DNA of 63,101 nt, the filler included, from Pirum gemmata (lineage: Eukaryota): the NCBI GenBank assembly GCA_002812295.1. It is 23 parts of 23 records of this genome, joined end to end, with 100 filler letters (N's around TTAATTAATTAA, not from the genome) between each part and the next. Parts side by side here need not be neighbours in the genome. Positions count along the whole stretch, not along the records: positions 49,492 to 52,580 come from PDIN01005809.1; positions 52,681 to 55,232 come from PDIN01005810.1; positions 55,333 to 57,856 come from PDIN01005811.1; positions 57,957 to 60,506 come from PDIN01005812.1; positions 60,607 to 63,101 come from PDIN01005813.1; 18 more parts are not named here. One strand, written 5' to 3'. The translations under genes were made by a program, and so were the position numbers. Of the stretch, positions 51,144 to 63,101 are shown piece by piece (within the stretch, counting starts at the first letter, position 1; every line of letters begins with the position of its first letter). The notes below the pieces were generated by a model. That model did not search any database, was not told the origin of the DNA, and saw only the letters and a program-made list of their open reading frames with translations.

Positions 51144-52420
51144 TGTATGGATATTACTGAAAACTTAGAAAATATTCTAAAAGTTAGTGAATTGTAATTT
51201 GAATCGTTTTCAAATTAATTAGAGGTTGTTAGAGTGGGAGAGCATATAGAGTGGTTATAGTTTTCTTTTTAGTTTTTTAGTTTTCCAGTTTTTTAGTTTT
51301 TCTTAAAAAAAATTTTGTGAAGTCCTTTATCATAGCGGATTATAATTATGATTATTATTATGATTATTATTATGATTATGATTATGATTATTCATTTTAT
51401 GATTGTATGAGTTATGATTTTTATGATTTTTATGATTTTTATGATTTTTATGATTTCTCTTCGAGATTTCCCAAAGAGATATTCTTTTCGTAAATTTTTT
51501 CAAAACGACTTTGTATCAATTATGTATGCAGTGTTTGTAATGTTTGAAATAGCGGTAACGAGGTTTTATCGTTTTTTTGTTTTGGTTTTAATGGAAATAA
51601 AATACTAAAAAATTGCTTATTATTATTTCTTGTTATTATTGTTTTTTCGGTCAAACCGAAGACGGTGGGGGGGGGTAATGAGGGTTTAATAATATAATAG
51701 CAATAGTGATGGAAAAAGTAACACTTTGAAGTACACAAAACTATAATTTACATGTATATATCATATACATGTATAATAATTGTTACACTTATAATCAAAT
51801 ATTCAATAATATTTATTGTTATTTGTATACAGATCTTCAAAAAATAGAAAAATAATTAATAGATATGATAGTTAATTATACAAGAATAATAATTAGAACT
51901 TATTAATTAATAAACGAGTTTGTCATTATAAAGTTATATTATTACATTTATTATTATAATATTATTATTATATTATTATTATCCGATATTATATTATTTT
52001 ATTATTATCATTATATTATTATNAATATTAGTATTAGTATTAGTATTAGTATTGGTATTAGTATTGGTATTAGTATTAGTATTAGTATTAGTATTAGTAT
52101 TAGTATTAGTATTAAGTATTAGTATTAGTATTAGTATTGGTATTAGTATTAGTATTAGTATTAGTATTAGTATTAGTATTATTATTATTATTAATGTTAG
52201 TATTGGCATTAGTATTAGTATGTACACTGTATTGGCTTGTCAATTATACATTACCCCCTTGGCATTTTAGTGTTAGTTTTATCGTTATATCAGTTTTATC
52301 ACTATATATTATTGTTTCATTTTATATGTTCTTTTGCTATGTTTCTGTTTATTATGTATATGTACATGTATATGCATATGCATTCTGTATTATTTTTTAA
52401 TCGTCATCATTTTTTATTAG

Positions 52421-52515
52421 ATATTGCCACTGCAACAGGTGTAGAATTCAAAGTATGTGCCGAGCAAGTAATGAACATCACCATTCAAGCTGCCATGTAT
52501 AGAGCAAATGAAACT
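52421..52515 (+). CDS. KPNB1: Importin beta-1 exon that belongs upstream of 49558
   Basis: AG/GT-bounded exon (D)IATATGVEFKVCAEQVMNITIQAAMYRANET matches GDIALAIGGEFKKYLEVV..LQQA. It ends in phase 0, compatible with the phase-0 start at 49558. Confidence 0.8.
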
Positions 52516-52549
52516 GTATGTGATAATTCTATTATTATATTTATTATAT

Positions 52550-52580
<31 letters not shown>

Positions 52581-52681
52581 NNNNNNNNNNNNNNNNNNNN
52601 NNNNNNNNNNNNNNNNNNNNNNNNTTAATTAATTAANNNNNNNNNNNNNNNNNNNNNNNNNNNNNNNNNNNNNNNNNNNNT

Positions 52682-53114
52682 AATAATAATAATAATCTTA
52701 ATCCCAAAGATATTGACTGTAATAGTAATAATAGTAATAACAAACATAAAAGAAACAAAAGCGTACATGTTAGTTTTGAACACATTGAAACGGGTTATTC
52801 GAATAATAGAATAAATGATATAGACCACCCCCACCCCCACCAACACAATAATAATAGTGATATCGATAATAATAATAACCAAAATCAAAACAACAACAAA
52901 AACGACTGTAATAAAAGGAGGTTAAAACCTAACCAAACTTGTAACCACCAACACAACAGTAACCACCACAACATCAATAACAAAAACTTTTACAATAGTA
53001 AACGATGTAACAATTACAATGAATTTTCTTTGCAACAAGAAGAATTAGCAAAATGCAACTTTAATAACGTTAACAATAATACTAGTAATATCAATCATAA
53101 CAATAATCAAAATG

Positions 53115-53156
<42 letters not shown>

Positions 53157-53506
53157 GTCACAAGAAAAATGCAAAACGACAATGCTCTACTTTCAACTAC
53201 AACACAGCCGTTAAAAACAACCACAGTCAAGGCAATAACTGTCTGAATTCTAAACCAAGTAAGCGTAATATTTTCCGATATCCATCCTATAAAACAAATA
53301 ATGATAATAACACTAATAGTAATAGTAACAATAATAAAATCAACAAAAAGAAGAAGAAATATAGACAACCCCACCACCACCACCAACAACAACAACAAAA
53401 ACAAAAACAAAAACAAAAGAAACAAAAACAGTATGATACAGATGAAATTATAGTTGATGAAGGGTGTTTTATTAACAGGCTATTTTGTTGTTCTTTTTTA
53501 GTTTAA
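52682..53506 (+). CDS. C-terminal part of an Asn-rich protein with Cys-rich tail
   Basis: The frame is open from the scaffold start, well upstream of the ORF-track start at 53030. It contains KSVHVSF (RVxF-like) and ends EGCFINRLFCCSFLV*. Confidence 0.6.
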
Positions 53507-53628
53507 TTTTTTGTATATAATTAGCTATAGACAATAATTAATTATATGTGATATTTAAAAAACTATTAAAAAAAATAAAACAATAATAATAATGATAATA
53601 ATGATAATAATAATAATAATAATATTTT

Positions 53629-53687
<59 letters not shown>

Positions 53688-53875
53688 AATAATAGTAATA
53701 ATTTTAATAATCCTAACCCTAACCCTAACTCTAACCCTAACCCTATATGTATGTCTTTGTTTGTTTTGTGTGTTTGTTTTGCTTGTTTGTTTTGTTTGTT
53801 TGTTTTGCTTGTTTGTTTTGTTGCTTGGTTGGTTATTGGATTAATTGGTAGGTTGAATGGATAGATGGTTAGTAA

Positions 53876-54095
53876 GCCTCTACCAATTCTGCTCGTGCTG
53901 AAAACTTAAATTTCTGCTGCCGAAAAAAAAGCCGAAATTCAGCCCTCTTCGAAAATTATTTTTTTTGTATTTTCGGGTTTATAAATAAATAAATATACTT
54001 GAATACTTAATTGTTAGCTCAAAATTTTCAAACTTATTTAATTACATAGGCTCGAAAACTCAATTTTTTAAACAAAGCAAGAATTGGGAGAAACC
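53876..54095. mobile_element. MITE family F (TIR ~GGTTTCTCCCAATTCTGC)
   Basis: Imperfect TIRs at both ends. Homologous segments at 31506-31660, 32652-32756 and 966-993. Confidence 0.65.
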
Positions 54096-54536
54096 TGATG
54101 GTTCGAGTTAAGGTTAAAGTTAGGGTTAGAATATGACTTATTGATAAATTTTAATACCAAATATTTTAATATTAATAATAAATAATAAATAATACTAATG
54201 CTATGTAATACCCCTAATATATAGATCCTAACTCTAAACCTAACCCCTACTAACCCTTACCCCTAACTCAAACCCTTTTACATACAGTAATAACTCAATT
54301 CTTTATGCAATGCCGTAAGGACAATAAATATTTACAAATTTTATTTTGATCCTATTATATATATTATAAATATCATATAACTACTTTTTGTCAAGAAATC
54401 AATGAATTTTTATTGTCATTTTCTCTTACGACTGTTTTAAAGTTTTAATTAATCCGTTTTAATCACAATTTTATTATTAACTTGATTTTAAGTATCATAC
54501 ATTGAATTATTTTCCCCCAACCCCACCCCAAACCCC

Positions 54537-55063
54537 ATTCGTAGCATTTGCTTAACTGTTTTAGTAAGTTCGATACGAGAAAAATACTAATTGTAGGGAG
54601 ATACGGGAAAACATAACGGAATCAAACAGCTCGATCCTAATCATTAAATAGCGACAATTTTGAAATGATATTCTTTTTTTTTTCGAGCTTCAAGTTTTTT
54701 CTATGAAATTTCTAAGAATTTCGAAAGTTTCGAACTAGTCTCGATTCGATGGTTTTTCCAGCATCTCCTTGCAGTTCTTTTTATTTTATTCGTAGCATTT
54801 GCCTAACTGTTTTAGTAAGTTCGATACGAGAAAAATATTATAATAAGTGTTGGGTTGGAACAGCTCGATCCTAATTATTAAATAATGNTTTTTTTTTTTT
54901 TTTTTTTTTTTTTTTTTCGAGTTTCAAGTTTTTTTCTAAAAGATTTCTAAGAATTTTTAAAAAAATGTGAATGAAATCAAAAGCGAGTCAATACTTAAAT
55001 TAGATAGAAAAATTTCGAAAATTTCGAACAAGTCTCGATTCGATAGTTTTTCCCGCATCTCCT
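54537..55063. repeat. Diverged ~250-bp tandem duplication containing a small TIR element
   Basis: ATTCGTAGCATTTGC.TAACTGTTTTAGTAAGTTCGATACGAG occurs at 54537 and 54788. GGAGATACGGGAAAA (54597) pairs with TTTTCC.GCATCTCC (~54754 and ~55048). Confidence 0.6.
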
Positions 55064-55182
55064 TGGAAACAAATGATTTAAAGTCTCCTCACTATATTTA
55101 CTTAATTAGGTATTGATAAGGAATTAAATAAATTTTCATTATATTAGTAGTTATTACGACTGCTACGTTCAACAGTAGTAAC

Positions 55183-55215
<33 letters not shown>

Positions 55216-55507
55216 TATCACTATTATTACTANNNNNNNNNNNNNNNNNNNNNNNNNNNNNNNNNNNNNNNNNNNNTTAATTAATTAANNNNNNNNNNNN
55301 NNNNNNNNNNNNNNNNNNNNNNNNNNNNNNNNACAAGGTATTATTACTATTATTATTATTGTTATTATTATTATTGTTATTATTATTCTATTATTTCTAT
55401 TATTTCTATTTCTATTTCTATTTCTATTTCTATTTCTATTTCTATTTCTATTACTATTATGACTATTATAAAAACTGCTAATAACTGTATTGATGTTTGG
55501 TATTCAG

Positions 55508-56032
55508 GCGATAAAGTAGGCAATATAGTGAAATGGAATTATGATACAGATGAAGGTTAGTTTTATTAACGCAAAACTTCGTCAGTCTTTCGTGAGTGTG
55601 GAGGTTGAGAGTTAGGGGTTAGGGGTTATGGGTGTTATGGGTTAGGTGTTATGGGTTAGGTGTTATGGGTTATGGGTTAGGGGGTAGGGGTTAGGAGTTA
55701 GGGAACGGAGTTAGGAGTTAGGAGTTAGGAGTTAGAAGTTAGGAGTTAGGAGTTAGGAATTAGAAGTTAGGAGTTAGAAGTTAGGAGTTAGAAGTTAGGA
55801 GTTAGAAGTTAAAGGTTAGGAGTTCGGGATTAGGAGTTCGGGGTTAGGAGTTCGGGGTTAGTAGTTCGGGGTTAGGGGTTGAGGTTCGGGGTTGAGGTTG
55901 AGGGTTGAGGGTTGAGGTTCGGGGTTGAGGGTTGAGGGTTGAGGTTGGGGGGTTAAGGGTGAATAATCATATTCGATCTTTCCTTTTATCTCTTTTTCAC
56001 TTTTCATGACCTTCAACGTGCAAGCATCATTC

Positions 56033-56081
<49 letters not shown>

Positions 56082-56186
56082 TTCTTATTTTTTTCTGTTT
56101 AGGTTTTGGTTTTGGTTTTGGTTTCATTCACTTCTGGTTTATATGTTTACTAAATTATCAAATAATAATAATAAAAGTATGCATGG

Positions 56187-56249
<63 letters not shown>

Positions 56250-56258
56250 CTGATTATC

Positions 56259-56310
<52 letters not shown>

Positions 56311-56318
56311 TTAACATT

Positions 56319-56352
<34 letters not shown>

Positions 56353-57558
56353 ACAACACAACAACAACAACAACAACAACAACAACAGCAACAGCAGCAA
56401 TAATAATAATAATACTAATATGTGATTAGGTTTGTTGCTTGCCAAAAAAAGTGGACACATCTTTTGTATCGACGTCAGTTCTAACAATCCAGATTTACTG
56501 GCTGTGGGGTATTGCTATTTATTTTCTCAGTTAAGGGGTTAAGGTTAAGGGATTAGGGCTAGGGGGGTAGGGCTAAGAGTAGAGCTAAGGGGTTAGGGCG
56601 AAGAGGTTAGGGTTAGAGGGTTAGAGGGTTAAGGATTAAGGGATTAAGGGATTAAGGGGGTTAGGGGTTAAGGGGTTAGTCTAAGGAGTTAAGGAGTTAA
56701 GGAGTTAAGGAGTTAAGGAATTAAGGAATTAAGGAATTAAGAGATTAAGAGATTAAGGAATTAAGGAATTAAGGAATTAAGGAATTAAGGAATTAAGGAA
56801 TTAAGGAATTAAGGAATTAAGGAATTAAGGGATTAAGGGATTAAGGGGGTTAGGGGTTAAGGGGTTAGTCTAAGGAGTTACGGAGTTAAGGAGTAGGGTT
56901 AAGAAATTAAGAAATTAAGAAATTAAGAAATTAAGGGATTAAGAAATTAAGGGATTAAGAAATTAAGGGATTAAGGGATTAAGGGATTAAGGGGGTTAGG
57001 AGTTAAGAGGTTAGTCTAAGGGGTTAAGGGGTTAAGTAGTTAGAGAGTTAAGGAATTANGAATTAAGAAATTAAGGAATTAAGGAATTAAGGAATTAAGG
57101 AATTAAGGAATTAAGGAATTAAGGAATTAAGGGTTTAAATGTTTGAAGGGTTAAGGGGTTAAGGGGTTAAGGGGTTAAGGGGTTAAGGTGTTAAGGGGTT
57201 AAGGGGTTAAGGGGTTAAGGGGTTAAGGGGTTAAGGGATTAAGGGGTTAAGGAGTTTTAAGATATTCAAAAGTTAGGGTAAGGGGTTAGAGTTACATACT
57301 CATACTAATACCAAAACATGTTCAAGTCATTGAGTAACAAAGAAGAAATTAATATGAATGATATCATTTTTTGCCCTGGTTTATTGTCATTTTTACTTTG
57401 CTTATTCCCATTACGTCTACTGTCTTTTTGAAGCTATAAAAAAGGTACAATAGCAATATATTCGATCAAAAATGGGAATGTACTAAATAGATTTCATAGT
57501 CATCAAGATGAAGTCCAAAGTGTAATATGGAAACCAGTGGATAAAAATGGAGACAAAA
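55508..57558 (+). CDS. GEMIN5: Gemin5-like WD40 protein, three internal exons
   Basis: Exons 55508-55555, 56430-56508 and 57434-57558 give GDKVGNIVKW...GHIFCIDVSSNNPDLLAVG-YKKGTIAIYSIKNGNVLNRFHSHQDEVQSVIWKP, matching Gemin5 IFCLTCSP..EDLVAIGYKDG...LRGHDDEIHSIAWCP. Confidence 0.75.
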
Positions 57559-57819
57559 GTAATTATTTAACCCTAGCCTTAATCCCAACACCAACACCAA
57601 CACCAACACCAACACCAACACTAACACTAACACTGACACTAATGTTAAATGTTAATGTTAATGTTAACGCTGACCCAGGCCTCAGCCTCAACCCCACTCC
57701 CCCTTTACCTTTCCCCTACCCATATCATACACGAGTATCCACTTTGTATCAGACATCTTACCCGTGCGTACCTATTACTACCTACTACTACTACTACCAC
57801 TACTACTACTACTACTATT

Positions 57820-57856
<37 letters not shown>

Positions 57857-58290
57857 NNNNNNNNNNNNNNNNNNNNNNNNNNNNNNNNNNNNNNNNNNNN
57901 TTAATTAATTAANNNNNNNNNNNNNNNNNNNNNNNNNNNNNNNNNNNNNNNNNNNNTATAGTAATAATATAATAATATAATATATAATAATAATAATTGC
58001 AATAATATATTTTAATTAATAGCATTTATAATTAAATATTATATGAATGAAAATTTGATAAATTTAAAAGTAAAGGAACGAAAATTCAACGATAATAACA
58101 ATGAAGATTACGACGTCGACAGAATTCTATAATATGTATATTATATATAGTAATATAAATATATATACTACTATATATTATTATAACAATTATTCTCACA
58201 GATCTCTTAAATATTACTCTAACCCTGCATTAAATTTATAACCCGAACCCGAACCTTAACCATAATTATAAATTTAAACTATAACATTAC

Positions 58291-58667
58291 CTTTTTTTAT
58301 AATTCTCATGTTGTAACCATTTATTTCGTGGAATACGAAGCTCTTTTGGTAGGTCTTTAAGACGTTGTTGGTGTGTTTCACTTGGATAGCTCGATGGCAA
58401 AGCATCAAATATTACTCCACGCCGATTTTGCTCTTGCTTTTTTTTTAATTTTTTATATTGAATGTCAGTAAAAGTTCCGAGAAATAAATCTTGTGCCATA
58501 GATTCGCTTGTAATAATCTCTGCTGCACTTTCTGTTAAATTTTCATTATCAATATTAATATTAATGTTATTGGTTTTCACTAACGTTATCAATGCTGTAC
58601 TTTTTAACATTTGTCGTAGTTGATGTGGTTGATAATTTGAAAGGTAACTATAGCTAGTACTAGTCAT
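58291..58667 (-). CDS. First exon of an unknown protein
   Basis: ATG plus 125 non-repetitive codons ending at an AAG/GTAATG donor. Confidence 0.55.
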
Positions 58668-60836
58668 CTTAAGCTTGTTGTTAATTTATAATAATTATAC
58701 TATTATATTAGAATAATTATTTTAAAAATATATTAATAATATTCAGTATTATTTTTAAAATTATGTGTTTTATTATTTTTGGTTGTTTAGTACTATTAGG
58801 GGTTTTACTTATTAGTTGCAGTGGTGATTAATTAAATTTTATATAAAATAAAGTTAAAAATAACACAATATCTAGTACACAACTGATTTTTATGCCTCTA
58901 TTGCAATTATTAATTGAAAAATAAAAAAATGTGAAAAGAAAACTTTTTATTGTAAAATTTAATATTATAATTAGTTTATTTATTATTTTATGAATAAAAA
59001 TTTATGAAAAATTATAAAAAACGAAGGATTTATATACCCTATTACTCAATTTTGGTTTTTTCTCTTTTGGGTTTTTTCTTTTTTTTGTTTTTTTTTGTTT
59101 TTATCTTGTTTTTTTAGTGGGGTATTATCAAACTGATATTAATATTATTTTTATTATAATTATGATATTATTAACTAGTACTATACTACTGCGCTGTATA
59201 ACCCTAACCGTACCCCAACAGCGCAGACTGTGAATACAAGGTTAATTAAGATGTCTAATTTCTACTTGATATGTATTGAATTTTTCGAAAATAAAAATTG
59301 TGTTCGATCGATGTATCATAGCTATTTGTAGGACACGCCTAACCCTAACCCTAATCCTAACCCCTAATCCCTAACCCTAACCCTAACCCTAACCCTAACC
59401 CTAACCCTAACCCTAGCTGAAGCACTACTTTTAAGCTACGACAGTGATTTTTTTTTTCATCGGTATCCACAGAAACTACATAACAAACTAACCCTACTCT
59501 ACTAATACAATATCGTGATAATAGTATCATAACAATTAATTATTATTATGATTACAATTAACAATAAAGGGTAATTAAAGTGAGTACTCAAGGTTTTTTG
59601 CAAAAAAAATAGTTGCTTAGTTAGGTAGAGCTATCAATGCCCCTGATAGTATCACTCTAGCTCTCTAGTAGTAGCTATCATAGCTATCATCATGATATTA
59701 TGATAATAATATTATTATTATAGTTACTATCTACTACTAGCTAGCTAGCTAGGAGTCTCTAGCTAGCTAGCTACTAGTAGCTAGGCTACGATATATTGCT
59801 ATGCATACTATCATTAGACTATTATTATTATTATAGCTAGCTAGCTAGCTCGAGTAGGTGATATCTGATAGTTAGGTGATAATACTAGCTGGCTAGCTGG
59901 ATTTTTTTTTTTGTTCAATCACACACATTCATTATCGTTATAAAAAATACAGAAAATATTCCCTTCCAATTAGTCCAAAATAATTAATTATTTATTTATT
60001 TATTTATATTAATTAAAAGCTAGTGCAAGAAGCTAGTGTACGTAATATAAAAATTTAATATTTTATTACATAATATAAACTATACCCAAGCTACATATTT
60101 GTGACTGTTTCCATAGTTGGCAATGGTAGTTGACGTTTATTTATGTGGTCGTAAGCAACATTTTCATAAGGACGCTTATGGCGCTGATTTGTTTGTAAGT
60201 GTTGTGAATGTTGTTGATCTTTAAGGTTATAATTATGTTGCTGCTGCTGATGGAGCTGTTGTAGTAGTTGTGGTTGTTGTGGTTGTAGCGGTTGCCTTTG
60301 TTGCTGTGATTGTTCTGGTTGGTGTGATGATGGTGGTGGTTGTGGTATTTGTTGCTGGGGTTGTTGTTGGAGTTTTGATGGTTGTGATGATTGATTATTC
60401 TGATTTTGTCGCTGCTGTGTATGTTGTTGGGGATGTTGGGGTTGTTGTGGTTGAGGTTGGTGTTGAAGTTTATGATTTATGATTGTGATTAGGGAAATAA
60501 AAAAACNNNNNNNNNNNNNNNNNNNNNNNNNNNNNNNNNNNNNNNNNNNNTTAATTAATTAANNNNNNNNNNNNNNNNNNNNNNNNNNNNNNNNNNNNNN
60601 NNNNNNTATTATTATTATTATTATTATTATTATCATAATAACAGAGTGAAGCACCAAGATATACTTATAAAGTAATCACAAACCTATGATTTATAAGTCT
60701 TATTTAATAAACGTATATGTATTACACGTTTTTACCAGGGATTTTTTAGTCTACAGTCTTTATTTTCCGGGCTGCGGTCCCCGCCCGGTCCGTTAAAACC
60801 AATAACAAAAAATATTTTTTTATTTTTATTTTATAC

Positions 60837-62410
60837 TTTTAACAGTTTCCTCCATAATAACTTGCAACCATTTACCCTTTTCTTCAGCCGTTCTAACATT
60901 GTCAATAGTTAAATAATATAACTGATTAATGAAAAATGGTAATAATAATAATAATAAAATAATCAACCACATTCAACAATGATAAATGATAATAAACGAT
61001 AACTGATTAATGAAAACAATGGTAATAATAATAAACGATAAAGAAGACTTAAATAATAAAAATCAATAACAATAATAATAATAGCAAAAAACAATGATAA
61101 TGAACAAACACGAACAATGATGATAGCTAATAGTCAATGTAATACTCGAAGCCATTTTGTAGTGTTAATAATAACAATTGAAAATAATGAATAATAATGA
61201 TTAATGACAATGAATAATATCATCTCAAATAACGTTGAATGATAATGAATAAGAATGAATAGCAACATATATAACTTGTAACAATTGCGATATCCGATAC
61301 CTTATAATTAATCATCATAGTACTGAATAATAATGAATAATAATGAACAATGATAATGGTATATATATATATATATAGCAAAATGCTGAATACCTCACAT
61401 CTGGGTTCATATATATATATATATATAGACATACAATAAAATTTGTACATTTTTAAATAAATCCACTATTTAAAAATATACAAATGTTATTTTATGTCTA
61501 TATATATATATATATGTTTAACTAATAAACAGTACATTATCCCACGCCGTTTTATCCTAAATACTTAAACAACTAGTTTCAAATAGCTTGGGAAAGCCAA
61601 CTTGAATAACTAGTTTCAAATAGCATGGGAAAGCCAAGTTTTTATATTTTTCTAACATACTTTGCTGTATAGAAAATTGATTGTGCTAACCCTAACCGTA
61701 ACCTCTACCCTAACCCTATCCTAACCCTAACTCCTAACCCTAACCCTAACCTTAACCTTAACCCTAGCCCTAGCCCTTAACCCTAACCCTAACCCCTATT
61801 CCTTATCCTACCCCTAACCTTATCCTACCCCTATTTACCTGGATTCAACATTGATTGTCCTATGATGGCCATTTTTCCGTTTGGTAGAAGTATCCACTAT
61901 CGACCAGGCTTTATTATAATTATTATATTAGTACATGATATAAACAATTTAAAAGCAAGTGAAAATATCGTAAAACCATTCCAGGTCCTGGGTAAGGGAT
62001 AGGACTGGGTGAGTGTTAGGGTGGGCGAAGGTGTAGGCGAAGGTGTAGGCGTAGACTTAGGGGCAGGGAAGGGGAAGGGGAAGGGGAAGGTTAAAGTTGC
62101 CAAGGCTAGGGTGATTAGTGGTTAGGGTGGTTAGGGTGGTTAGGGTTAGGGTGGTTAGGGTTAGGGTGATTAGGGTAGCTAGGGTTAGGGTTAGGGTTAG
62201 GGTTAAGGTAAAGGTTAGGGTTTAGGGTTAGGGTTAAGTTGTAATGTATTTAAAGGCTGTCTAAGTTAAGTGATGGCGTGAGTGCTACCATATAATCTAC
62301 ATTGGTAACAAAGACTATACTGACGAACAGAACGGTGATTGTTAGAATGTTTATATAATGGATAAGGTATTTTTATTCACCTCCAATATCCCCACCCATA
62401 ACGTCGTTTC
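60837..62410 (-). CDS. Small internal exons of an unidentified gene
   Basis: AG/GT-bounded islands at 62410-62381, ~61896-61839 and ~60893-60837. The last can read TAEEKGKWLQVIMEETVK (PH-domain C-terminal helix-like), but the frame of the others is ambiguous. Confidence 0.3.
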
Positions 62411-63070
62411 CTATTAGGTGGGTAACGAAAAATCGATCGTAAACTCGATATTTTTTCAGAGGGGTTTCGTTTTTCTTTTTCTTGTTGAGAGCACATAACA
62501 AAAGCTAAAGCAAAATAAGTATAATATATAGGATTAGGGTTAAGGTTACGTTCAACATTAAGGTTAAGGTTAAGGTTACGTTCAACATTAAGGTTAAGGT
62601 TAAGGTTAAGGTTAAGGTTAAGGTTAAGGTTAAGGTTAAGGTTAAGGTTAAGGTTAAGGTTAAGGTTAAGGTTAAGGTTAAGGTTAAGGTTAAGGTTAAN
62701 NNNNNNNNNNNNNNNNNNNNNNNNNNNNNNNNNNNNNNNNNNNNNNNNNNNNNNNNNNNNNGGTTAAGGTTAAGGTTAAGGTTAAGGTTAAGGTTAAGAT
62801 TAAGGTTAAGGTTAAGGTTAAGGTTAAGGTTAAGGTTAAGGTTAAGGTTAAGGTTAAGGTTAAGGTTAAGGTAAAAGTTAATACCAGTTTAGTTAATAAG
62901 AAAGCCTCCATCTTAAAATAGAAATAAGAATAATACTTAAAATAACAATTACTCAAAATAACCAATAACAAAAATTCATAATAATAATCAATAAATAATA
63001 TTTTAAACTCTAAAATATCAATGAATAACCCTGATAATCAAGAAAACATTGCAACAACAACAACAGCAAT

Positions 63071-63101
<31 letters not shown>

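Noticed and set aside
61839..62410. Histidine-kinase-like reading VMGGDIGVDTSTNGK
   Set aside because: Two frames are open across these tiny exons and the downstream residues do not continue the HATPase motif, so it cannot be resolved.
1..63101. Functional clustering of RGS-globin, PKA-R, GLDH and other genes
   Set aside because: The genes sit on separate scaffolds joined artificially, so adjacency carries no information.

Overview
This window is not a contiguous locus. It is about 23 short scaffolds (mostly ~2.5 kb) from a very AT-rich, microsatellite-laden, intron-containing eukaryote, joined by artificial 100-nt linkers (44 N + TTAATTAATTAA + 44 N), so gene neighbourhood across linkers means nothing. 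An animal-type RI PKA subunit, Gemin5 and TTAGGG repeats suggest a unicellular holozoan, possibly an ichthyosporean (inference). By manual splicing I recognise fragments of PKA-RI, importin beta, PARP, Gemin5, a tectonin beta-propeller lectin, a plant/algal-type L-galactono-1,4-lactone dehydrogenase and a probable ATP-grasp ligase. There are also two secreted proteins, several orphan ORFs and at least seven families of small TIR elements. Most ORF-track entries are translations of microsatellites. The best candidate for a new system is an RGS domain fused directly to a flavohaemoglobin-type globin (5368-6606, minus), a putative haem/gas-sensing G-protein GAP. It is probably the C-terminal part of a ~1,100-aa gene whose N-terminal half (2641-4717) was scaffolded in swapped order; the same swap is demonstrable in the importin-beta scaffold. 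All family assignments are from motif recognition by eye; no searches were run.
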